From assembly GCA_021298815.1 (NCBI GenBank), contig JAJTHE010000036.1:37383-101382 (forward strand): a stretch of 64,000 nucleotides of DNA, written 5' to 3'. The DNA is from Betaproteobacteria bacterium (GTDB taxonomy: Bacteria; Pseudomonadota; Gammaproteobacteria; Burkholderiales; CAIKXV01). A program made the translations under genes and the position numbers. Shown piece by piece: positions 21,477 through 29,226 of this stretch. The stretch's first letter is position 1; the number at the start of each line of letters is the position of its first letter. Under the pieces are notes generated by a model, which did not search any database, had not been told where the DNA came from, and was given only the letters and a program-made list of their open reading frames with translations.

Positions 21477-21723
21477 TCGCCGCCGGTTTCCGGTGCGGCG
21501 GCTGGGTGCCCTGAGCGCCGGCAGGATGTCGTGGAACCGGAGTCGCGGGTGGGATCGACGTTCCGTTGACTACGCAGCATGAGCGCGATGTTCCGGCCGA
21601 CCGTAACGCAACGAAACCGCCCGATTTTCCGCATGTAGATGTGCTTGTGCATGCGCACGCACAAGGCTGTCACACGTGCGATGCGCAACCGCGGCGCGTG
21701 GTGGCACGGCAGTGCCTGGCGAA

Positions 21724-21792
21724 GCCGGTGCGGGGTGCCCGCCGACGGGCGACTGTGGAACCGGAGCCCGGCGGCGGGCACCCCGCACCGGC
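21724..21792. repeat. Long inverted repeat (21-bp perfect arms), palindrome family B copy 2
   Basis: GCCGGTGCGGGGTGCCCGCCG (21724-21744) pairs with 21772-21792; the loop matches the copy 1 loop in the opposite orientation. Confidence 0.9.
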
Positions 21793-21846
21793 CTGCACAC
21801 CCACCCGCCCCGGTTTTCGCACGAGCCGGCGCGACGCCCCGCCAAG

Positions 21847-23199
21847 CTACCGCCCGAACAGCCCGCGCAGCACGCCGCCGACGCCTTCCTTGATCACGTC
21901 GGTCACCGTCGGAGCCGCCGGCGCGCGCTGCGCCGACCCGGCATCGCCGCCGTCCGGCGCCGGCTGCTCGCGCCGGCCGCGCGCGCCCGGACGCCCGCCG
22001 GCATCGCCCTCGGCCAGCATCAGCATGCCGGTGGTGCGCTGGCGCACCTTCACCGCGTACTGCTGCTCCCAGGTCACCCGCGGATCGGTCGGACGTGGCG
22101 GGTGCACCACGTTCAGTTCGTCGCCGTAGCCGATGAAGGTCAGCATCGGCGTGCCGGCCTCGCGCACCACCTCGGCCGGCACCGTGCACTCGGTGGTCGA
22201 CGGGGGCAGCACCACGCGTTCCTTGATCAGCCGCGCCACCTCGGTGGGCGACAGCCAGCTGTTCAGGCCCCAGCCCATGTCGGCCAGTTCGCTCGACGAC
22301 CAGATCACGAGGTCCTGCTGTGCGTTCGCGCCCATGGCGGACATGGCATAGCCGGTCGCGTTCGGGATCGACTGCCACTGCACCGACAGGCCACCGCCCG
22401 CAGTGCGGGTGACCGGCTGGAACGACGGCGCCTGCATGAAGTCGGTGCGCTCGGTCACGCTGAAGCGGATGTCCGGCGAATAGTTGCCCTTCACCAGGTG
22501 GTCGCCGCGCAGCGAGGCATCCCCCGGCACCGTCATGCGTGTCTCGGCATTGGGCCAGTGGCCGAAGGTGCGGTTGCGGCCGAACGACGGGCCGCGCGGG
22601 TTGTTGATGCGCACGGCCGGGAACTTCGGCATCTGGCCCGAGGCGATCTTCGCGAAATCGATGACGATCGGCTGGCCGCTGCGCGTGGCGTCGCCGCAGC
22701 CCCAGTAGATCAGCATGCGGCCCTTCGGCTTTTCGAAGTCGCGCGGCGGCGTGTCGGTCTCCTCGCCGCGAGGCTCGGGCGGCGGCGTGCGCGGGGTGAG
22801 CAGCGGCAGCGAGGGTCCCATGTTCATGCCGGCCGGGATCTCGTGGGCCGCGGCGGGCTCGCCGCCGGCGGTGCGCGCCGAGCCCAGCTCCAGCACCATC
22901 GAGCGGCCGCCCTGCATGGGCGAGCCGGCACCGCCGCCGAGCAGTCCGCCGAGCACGCCGGCCGCCCCGCCCGGCATGCCGCCCATGCCGCCGCGCGTTT
23001 CGGCCGAGACCCAGTAGACCGCGACCGGCGGCGTGACCTTCTGCTGCGTGGTCTGCGCGAGGGCCGCGGGCGCCATGGCGGCGCACAGCGCGGCGGCGGT
23101 GGCGGCGGCGAGGACACGCAGCGCGGGAGCGGCCGGCACGGGCGCCGCCGACGATGCGTTCGGATGCTTGCGCAGGGACAGGCTCGGCACGGGCTGCAT
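21847..23199 (-). CDS. Exported hypothetical protein (Gly/Pro-rich)
   Basis: 450 aa ORF with GGAGG RBS, Ala-rich signal peptide ending ALA-Q, typical codon usage; no recognisable catalytic motif. Confidence 0.75.
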   Translation of the reverse strand: MQPVPSLSLRKHPNASSAAPVPAAPALRVLAAATAAALCAAMAPAALAQTTQQKVTPPVAVYWVSAETRGGMGGMPGGAAGVLGGLLGGGAGSPMQGGRSMVLELGSARTAGGEPAAAHEIPAGMNMGPSLPLLTPRTPPPEPRGEETDTPPRDFEKPKGRMLIYWGCGDATRSGQPIVIDFAKIASGQMPKFPAVRINNPRGPSFGRNRTFGHWPNAETRMTVPGDASLRGDHLVKGNYSPDIRFSVTERTDFMQAPSFQPVTRTAGGGLSVQWQSIPNATGYAMSAMGANAQQDLVIWSSSELADMGWGLNSWLSPTEVARLIKERVVLPPSTTECTVPAEVVREAGTPMLTFIGYGDELNVVHPPRPTDPRVTWEQQYAVKVRQRTTGMLMLAEGDAGGRPGARGRREQPAPDGGDAGSAQRAPAAPTVTDVIKEGVGGVLRGLFGR

Positions 23200-23356
23200 G
23201 GAGGACCTCCGTATGGACTGCCCGCATTATAGGAGCTGGAGCGGTCGCCGGTCCGTGCCCGGCGGGGCGTGTCACGGATCTGTAATCCCGCTGTCGTAGT
23301 CTTCGCGCGCGCCGGGGACCTGCAATCCTGCAGTGCCGACGTGCACGGAGAACGCC

Positions 23357-24358
23357 ATGGGCAGCATGAAGCGCGGCATCGCGGCAGCCATCGCCTGCAT
23401 CACCGGGATGCTGCTGGCGGGTTCGCTTGCGGTACCTGCGCATGCGCAACGCGCCGAGCCTGCGTTTCCGACGCGGCCGGTGCGCGTGATCGTGCCGCTC
23501 GCGCCAGGGGGAGGCAGCGACATCGTCGCGCGCATCGTGGCCGCGGCGCTGGGCGAAGCCTGGGGCCAGTCCATCGTGGTCGACAACCGGCCGGGCGCCG
23601 GCAGCGTGGTCGGTACCGCCATCGCGGCGAAGGCCCAGCCCGACGGCCATACCTTGCTGGTCTCCAGCTCCTCGCTCGCGATCTCGCCGGCGCTCTACCG
23701 CAACCTGCCCTTCGACATCCGGCGCGACTTCGTCCCGGTGACGCTGATCGCGAGCCAGCCCAGCCTGCTCGCGGTGCATTCGTCGGTGGCGGCCGCGAAC
23801 GTGAAGGAACTGCTCGCGCTGGCGCGCTCGCAGCCGGGCAAGCTCGCCTACGGGTCGGCAGGCGCGGGCAGCGCCACCCATCTCGGCTCGGAGCTGTTCC
23901 GCATCGCCGGGGGCATCGAACTGCTGCACCTGCCCTACAAGAGCGCGGGGCTTGCGACCAATGCACTGCTCTCCGGCGAGGCGCAGGTGCTGATCACCAA
24001 CATGGCGAGCCTGCTGCCCCACCTGAAGGGCGGCAAGGTGCGCGCGCTCGGCGTGACCAGCCTGAAGCGCTCGGCGCTCGCGCCGGAGATCTCGACCGTG
24101 TCCGAGGCCGGGTTGCCGAAGTTCGAGTACCTGACCTGGTACGGCATGATGGCCCCGGCAGGGACGCCGAAGCCGGTGGTCGATGCGATCCAGCGCGACA
24201 CCGCACGCGCCCTGCGTGCGGCCTCATGGTCCGAGCGCTTCACCCAGCAGGGGCTGGACGTGTTCGCGACCACGCCTGCCGAGTTCGGACGCTTCCTGGC
24301 CGGCGAATTGTCGCGCTGGGATTCGCTGGTGCAGAAGGCCGGCATAAAGGTCGAGTGA
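23357..24358 (+). CDS. Bug/TctC tripartite tricarboxylate transporter substrate-binding protein
   Basis: PTRPVRVIVPLAPGGGSD, DNRPGAG, YGSAGAGSATHL, HLPYKS. Confidence 0.93.
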   Translation: MGSMKRGIAAAIACITGMLLAGSLAVPAHAQRAEPAFPTRPVRVIVPLAPGGGSDIVARIVAAALGEAWGQSIVVDNRPGAGSVVGTAIAAKAQPDGHTLLVSSSSLAISPALYRNLPFDIRRDFVPVTLIASQPSLLAVHSSVAAANVKELLALARSQPGKLAYGSAGAGSATHLGSELFRIAGGIELLHLPYKSAGLATNALLSGEAQVLITNMASLLPHLKGGKVRALGVTSLKRSALAPEISTVSEAGLPKFEYLTWYGMMAPAGTPKPVVDAIQRDTARALRAASWSERFTQQGLDVFATTPAEFGRFLAGELSRWDSLVQKAGIKVE

Positions 24359-24402
24359 CCGGCGTACCTGCAGGCCCTTGCGGCAGCGGTTCCGATCCGT
24401 GC

Positions 24403-25449
24403 TCACTCCGGCTTGAGCCCGGCGCGTTCCGCCACCTGCAGCATGGTCTTCGCCTGCGCGTCGATGAAGGCGCGGAACTCCTGCGGCGTGTTGCCCACCG
24501 GATCGATGCCGCGTTCCGCGAACGCCGCGCCGACGTCGGGCGCGCGCAGGATCTTCGCCACTTCGCGGTGCAGGCGGTCGACCAGCGGTGCCGGGGTCTT
24601 CGCCGGGGCCAGCAGCCCGAACCAGGTGCCGGCGACGAAGCCCTTCTGCCCGGCCTCGTCCATCGTCGCCACTTCGGGCACCAGCGGCGAGCGCACCGGC
24701 ATGGTCACGGCCAGCGCGCGCAGCCGTCCACCCTTCACCTGCGGCAGGGTGACCGGGATGGTGTCGAAGGTGAGTTCCACATGGCCGCCGATCACGTCGG
24801 CGATCGCGGGGGCACTGCCCTTGTAAGGCACATGGGTGAGTGCGATGCCGGCGGAGAGCTTCAGCAGTTCGCCGGCAAGGTGGTTCGAGGTGCCGGTGCC
24901 GAAGGAGGCGAAGTTGAGCGCACCCGGGCGTGCCTTGGCCAGCGCCACCAGTTCCTTCACCGACTTCGCCGGTACCGTGGGATGCACCACCAGCATGAAC
25001 GGCACGCGCCCGACCAGCGTGATCGGCGCGAAGTCGCGGGTCGGGTCGTAGGGCAGGTTGCGGATGGTCGCGCGCACGGTGGTGAGTTCCGGCGAGGCGG
25101 CGAACAGCAGCAGCGAGGCATCGGGTTCGGCCTTGGCGACCAGCGCGGCGCCGATGGTGCCGCTGGCGCCGGCGCGGTTCTCGACCACCACCGTCGCGCC
25201 GGTCGCGGCCTGCAGGCGCTGCGCGACCAGCCGTGCCGCGATGTCCGTGCTGCCGCCGGGCGGGTAGCCGACGACCAGGCGCATGCCCTTGGCGGGCAGG
25301 GCGTCGGCGGCGGCGTTGGCCTGCGCGAATGCGGCGAGCGGCACGGCGGTGGCACCGACAGCCGCGGCGAATGCGGCTGCGACCGAGGCGGGCGCCGCGA
25401 AGACAGGTGCGCCACGAGGGTGGCGGCTGGATGCGCGTCGAAGGGCCAA
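24403..25449 (-). CDS. Bug/TctC substrate-binding protein
   Basis: VGYPPGGSTD, ENRAGASG, FASFGTGTSNHL, HVPYKGS; TTG start after GGAG is an estimate. Confidence 0.9.
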   Translation of the reverse strand: MALRRASSRHPRGAPVFAAPASVAAAFAAAVGATAVPLAAFAQANAAADALPAKGMRLVVGYPPGGSTDIAARLVAQRLQAATGATVVVENRAGASGTIGAALVAKAEPDASLLLFAASPELTTVRATIRNLPYDPTRDFAPITLVGRVPFMLVVHPTVPAKSVKELVALAKARPGALNFASFGTGTSNHLAGELLKLSAGIALTHVPYKGSAPAIADVIGGHVELTFDTIPVTLPQVKGGRLRALAVTMPVRSPLVPEVATMDEAGQKGFVAGTWFGLLAPAKTPAPLVDRLHREVAKILRAPDVGAAFAERGIDPVGNTPQEFRAFIDAQAKTMLQVAERAGLKPE

Positions 25450-25517
25450 GCGATACTCCCGGGTTCGTTCGGAGGCACCGACACTAGCAAGAAACCTTGC
25501 GGCCCGCCTGCCGGAAC

Positions 25518-25765
25518 TCAGGCGAAGCGTACCGCCGTGATCGGTGGCAGCGACGCATCGATCGCCTGCCAGCGGTCGCCGCCGTCGTCCGACACCCACA
25601 GCCCGCCGGTGGTGGAGCCGATCGCCAGCGTGCACCCGTCATCGGCTACCCGCAAGGCCGTGCCGGCAGACGAGGTCGAAGCAGTTGCGCTGCGGCAGCC
25701 CGTCGCGCAGCCGCTCGAAGCTGCGGCCACCGTCGCGGGTGCGCGCGACCGACAGCGCCTGCATC
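25518..25765 (-). pseudogene. C-terminal remnant of a BNR/Asp-box (sialidase-like beta-propeller) protein, frameshifted
   Basis: ALSVARTRDGGRSFERLRDGLPQRNCFDLV.RHGLA in one frame continues as VADDGCTLAIGSTTGGLWVSDDGGDRWQAIDASLPPITAVRFA* in another; Asp-box motifs S/TxDGGxxW/F. Confidence 0.78.
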
Positions 25766-26000
25766 GCCGCGGCATCCTGCACCGGCTGGTCGAACACCAC
25801 GCGATCGCGGAACCCGCAGCCCGTCGATGAAGATCGCCACATGCGCCCGCAGGTGGCCCTGTTCGTCGAGAATACAGCCGCGCAGCCGCGGATTCACCGC
25901 GAAGGCCGCCTCCAGCGCCGCGCGCAACGTGGGGCCCGGACCTCGAGTTCGGTACGCGGGTGAGGCGGGCAAGCTGCCGGGTAAACACCAGTCTGGCCAT
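25750..26000 (-). pseudogene. MoaD/ThiS family (ubiquitin-like) gene, frameshifted and lacking the C-terminal GG
   Basis: MARLVFTRQLAR.. / TLRAALEAAFAVNPRLRGCILDEQGHLRAHVAIFIDG / RDRVVFDQPV..MQALS spread over three reading segments. Confidence 0.75.
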
Positions 26001-26060
26001 GGCGACCCGGATCGATCGGTGGTCCGGGACCATGAAGATAACATCACGGGGACGACCACG

Positions 26061-26972
26061 ATGACCACGATCACGACGAACCGCAGCGAACCGCCCGAGC
26101 CGCTCACCCTGGGAGTGGCGCAGACCGGACCGGTGCTGACCGACGATCCGCGCGCGATGCTGCCCGAGGCGCGCGCAATGTTCGAGCGCGCGACCGCGCG
26201 GCAGGTGAAGCTGCTGCTGTTCTCGGAGCTGTTCATGAGCCCGTTCTTCCCGAACCGGCTCGAACGCGACTTCGACCGCTGGTTCCTCGATGCGGACGGC
26301 GAGGTGATGCGCACGCTGTGCGGGTATGCGCGCGAGCACCGGATCGCCGCGGTGTTCGGCTTCGGCGAGCGCACCGCCAGCGCTTACTTCAATTCCGCGC
26401 TGGTGTGCGACGCGTCGGGCACGACCGTCGGCGTCTACCGCAAGACGCACATCCCGGCCTACTTCCCGGACGAGCGGCAGGGCGGCACCGGCAGCTACGA
26501 GAAGTTCTACTTCACACCCGGCGCTTCGCTGCCGGTGTTCGACCTGCGCGGCGTGCGCTTCGGCATCCAGATCTGCAACGACCGGCTGTATCCGGAGCCC
26601 TCGCGCGTGCTCGCGGCGCGCGGGGCACAGATGATCCTGATGCCGATCTGCTACTCGACCTACAGCGATCCGGCCCACCGGTCATCGATCTGGGAGGTGC
26701 CGCTGCGCTCGCGCGCCTACGAGAACGGCGTGTACGTCGTCGCGTCGAACCGGGTCGGGATCGAAGGGCCGCGCCACCATCTCGGGCGCAGCATGGTCGT
26801 CGATCCGCGCGGCACGATCCTGGCGGAGGCCGGCACGGAGGGGCCGGAACTGCTGGTGCACACGATCGACCTCGGCGCCGTGCAGCGGGCGCGCAGCGCG
26901 TTCCCGTGGTGGCGCGATCGCCGGCCTGAGCTGTACGGCGAGCTGGGCAGCGTCGAGCCGCTGGATCGCTGA
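26061..26972 (+). CDS. Carbon-nitrogen hydrolase (nitrilase superfamily; N-carbamoylase-like)
   Basis: Catalytic triad E (FSELF), K (YRKTHIP), C (QICNDR); C-terminal WRDRRPELY. Confidence 0.9.
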   Translation: MTTITTNRSEPPEPLTLGVAQTGPVLTDDPRAMLPEARAMFERATARQVKLLLFSELFMSPFFPNRLERDFDRWFLDADGEVMRTLCGYAREHRIAAVFGFGERTASAYFNSALVCDASGTTVGVYRKTHIPAYFPDERQGGTGSYEKFYFTPGASLPVFDLRGVRFGIQICNDRLYPEPSRVLAARGAQMILMPICYSTYSDPAHRSSIWEVPLRSRAYENGVYVVASNRVGIEGPRHHLGRSMVVDPRGTILAEAGTEGPELLVHTIDLGAVQRARSAFPWWRDRRPELYGELGSVEPLDR

Positions 26973-27008
26973 TCCGCTTGCCGCTGCCGTACCGCCTCGC
27001 CCGTCCGA

Positions 27009-27587
27009 TCAGCGGGCGACCGGCACCGTGCTGTCCCATGAGAAGCCCAGCGGGTCGATGATCCCGGACTGGGCCACCGCGAGTTCGGTCCGCTGGACGA
27101 AGATCGCCTCGCTCTCGACGACGGCGCCCATCGCGCCGGCCATCTCGGCCAGGCGGGGCTGGCCCGAGATCGGCAGCGGGCGCGCGATCACCGGGCCTTC
27201 GCCGATCAGCGACGCATGCGCACGGTCGATCAGCCCGAAGCGTTCGAAGCGCCCGGCGTCGACCACCGCCTGGGCGCGCTCCAGCGTGAACGCACGTCCG
27301 GCACGCAGGTGGGAGACCACCTCATGCCGGGTGGCCAGCACTGCGAGCTTGCGCCCCGGCCCGGTCACGCGCACCACCGGTCCGGTGGTCGCTTCGCCGA
27401 GGCGGGCTCGACCGGCCACCTTGACGTCGTCGAACAGCGGGAAGCTGACCTGCAGTTCCGCCTCGGCACTCAGGCTGTGCGTGTTGAAGGCCATTACCGC
27501 GAACAGCAGGTCGCGGATCACCTGCTGCTCGCAGTCGGGCTGCATCACGAGGAAATCGATGTGATCAGAGATGTGATCGGCGGACAT
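27009..27587 (-). CDS. Hypothetical protein with Cas6f/Csy4-like (RAMP) sequence features, standalone
   Basis: 192 aa; N-terminal beta strand, helix ending AVMAFN, LQVSFPLF, GPVVRV, C-terminal IFVQR...DPLGFS...VP match the Cas6f motif order as recalled; not verified by search. Confidence 0.55.
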   Translation of the reverse strand: MSADHISDHIDFLVMQPDCEQQVIRDLLFAVMAFNTHSLSAEAELQVSFPLFDDVKVAGRARLGEATTGPVVRVTGPGRKLAVLATRHEVVSHLRAGRAFTLERAQAVVDAGRFERFGLIDRAHASLIGEGPVIARPLPISGQPRLAEMAGAMGAVVESEAIFVQRTELAVAQSGIIDPLGFSWDSTVPVAR

Positions 27588-27702
27588 GGCTGCGGCACGT
27601 CGACAAGGCGTCGCAGGTTAGCCGCAAACCCGCTCCCCGGACCGCGTTGCACGGCTGTCCACCGGGCCGCGCGCGGCGTATTCCACACGCCGGCTCTGGC
27701 GT

Positions 27703-27728
27703 GGTGTCTGACCCCGGGGTCAGACACC
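27703..27728. repeat. Perfect 26-bp palindrome of the GGGGTCAGA/TCTGACCCC REP-like family
   Basis: GGTGTCTGACCCCGGGGTCAGACACC equals its own reverse complement. Confidence 0.85.
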
Positions 27729-27744
27729 GACGGCGGGGACGAGG

Positions 27745-28488
27745 TCAGCGGCGGTTCGAGCCGGGCAGGTTCGGGAACAGCCCGGACGGCAGCGACTGGA
27801 TGAACGACAGCGATTCCTCCAGCCTGATCACGTCGGCATACTTCGCATGCATGTCGCACAGGTTGATCGCATGGCTCGCCTGCGCGCGGTCGAAGCAGCC
27901 CTCTTCGACGAGCGACACCCTGAAGTTGTTCGAGAACGCATCGAGCACGGTCGCGCGCACGCAGCCGCTGGTGGTGGTGCCGGTGACGATCAGGCTGTCG
28001 GCGCCGAGCAGCATCAGCCAGGACAGCAGGTTGGTGCCGTGGAAGGCGCTCGGCTTCTGCTTGTAGACGACCAGGTCGTCCGGGCCGGGCGCGATCTCCG
28101 GCACGATCGTGTTGCCGTCGGCCTGCACCCCGGTCGGGCGCACCCGCTCCGCCGAGCGGCTGTTCTTCCAGGCCCACGAGCCGGCGTCCCAGTCGTCCTC
28201 GCGGCGGATCCCGGTCGAGTAGAGGATGGGCAGGCCCTTGCCACGGCCGGCGGCGATCAGCTTCTTGATCGCGGCCACGCCGTCCCAGGCCTCGGCGCCG
28301 CAGGAATTGCGCCAGCGCTTGATCGACTCCAGGATCGGCTCCGGGCGGTCGCCGCAGAAGTTGTAGTTGACGTCGATCACCAGGATCGCCGGCCGCTTGC
28401 CGAAGCCCTGCAGCGCGCCATAGCCGCTCGCCTCGAACACCTGGCGGTCGCGTTCGGTGAGGAATTGATCCCAGATTCGGTCGGACAT
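27745..28488 (-). CDS. Isochorismatase family cysteine hydrolase (maleamate amidohydrolase/N-carbamoylsarcosine amidase-like)
   Basis: GFGKRPAILVID, KQKPSAFHGT, GTTTSGCVRATVLDA, KYADV. Confidence 0.9.
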   Translation of the reverse strand: MSDRIWDQFLTERDRQVFEASGYGALQGFGKRPAILVIDVNYNFCGDRPEPILESIKRWRNSCGAEAWDGVAAIKKLIAAGRGKGLPILYSTGIRREDDWDAGSWAWKNSRSAERVRPTGVQADGNTIVPEIAPGPDDLVVYKQKPSAFHGTNLLSWLMLLGADSLIVTGTTTSGCVRATVLDAFSNNFRVSLVEEGCFDRAQASHAINLCDMHAKYADVIRLEESLSFIQSLPSGLFPNLPGSNRR

Positions 28489-28594
28489 CGTGTTCTCCGC
28501 AGGCAGTGTTCGGTTGGCAAGGGCAAGGTCGCAACGGTAGCAAATTCCCGGGTTCCCGGGGTTCCCGGGACTGACCCCCCGTCCGATTGAAGGC

Positions 28595-28766
28595 CTTCTG
28601 AACGGCGAGATCGCCAGGGCGGTGGCCAGTGCCGAGGTGCAGGCGACGCTGTCCACGATCGGAGCGGAAGGGGTGAATGACCCCGGCGCCGTTCCGCGGT
28701 TATCTCGTCGATGAAGTGGCGAGGCTGGGCAGGCTGGTGAAGAAAACCGGCGCGAAGCTCGATTGA
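28595..28766 (+). pseudogene. C-terminal remnant of a Bug/TctC gene, frameshifted
   Basis: LLNGEIARAVASAEVQATLSTIGAEGV, then a frame change near 28676, then MTPAPFRGYLVDEVARLGRLVKKTGAKLD*; matches the C-termini of the intact Bug genes in this window. Confidence 0.75.
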
Positions 28767-28785
28767 TATCCGATAGCATCGAACC

Positions 28786-29226
28786 ATGAATCCGCTGACC
28801 ATCCCGCGCACCACGCGCTACGACCACCTGTCCATCCGGGGCCGCACCGACTATTCATGGCCGGAAGGGCGCCGCCTCGCGTTCTGGGTGACCACCAACA
28901 TCGAGGCGTCCGCGCTCATGACCGGCTGCGGCCCCGACCCCGGCGGTGCCGACGCGCCTCAGACCCAGCGCAACTGCAGCTGGTGCGACTACTGCCTGCG
29001 CGTGGGCATCTGGCGGCTGTTCGACCTTGCCGACGAGCTGGGCATCCCGCTGTCGCACAACATGAACTCGCTGGTCTGCACGTACGCGCCGGACGTGCCC
29101 GAGGCGATCCGCGCGTACTGCAAGGGTCATCCGCAGGCGGCCAGGGTATGGTGGACGAATCCCGGCGCGATCGCGGCGCACTGCATCGGGTTGCCGGCGG
29201 GAGTCGTGCCCGGGGGTGCGGCATGA
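28786..29226 (+). pseudogene. Polysaccharide deacetylase (PuuE-like) gene with large internal deletion
   Basis: N-terminal WPEGRRLAFWVTTNIE and DYCLRVGIWRLFDL are joined directly to C-terminal VWWTNPGAIAAH; 146 aa, with no central His-containing catalytic segment. Confidence 0.75.

Noticed and set aside
21533..21570. GGAACC as an ECF sigma -35 element
   Set aside because: The spacing to a plausible -10 is not canonical and there is no downstream gene on that strand; it is better explained as part of the repeated loop motif.
27588..27745. Possible degenerate type I-F CRISPR repeat upstream of the Cas6f-like gene (minus strand GTGGACAGCCGTGCAACGCG)
   Set aside because: Only about half the positions match the recalled GTTCACTGCCGTATAGGCAG repeat, the stem cannot form, and there is no second repeat or spacer periodicity. 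No CRISPR array is called.
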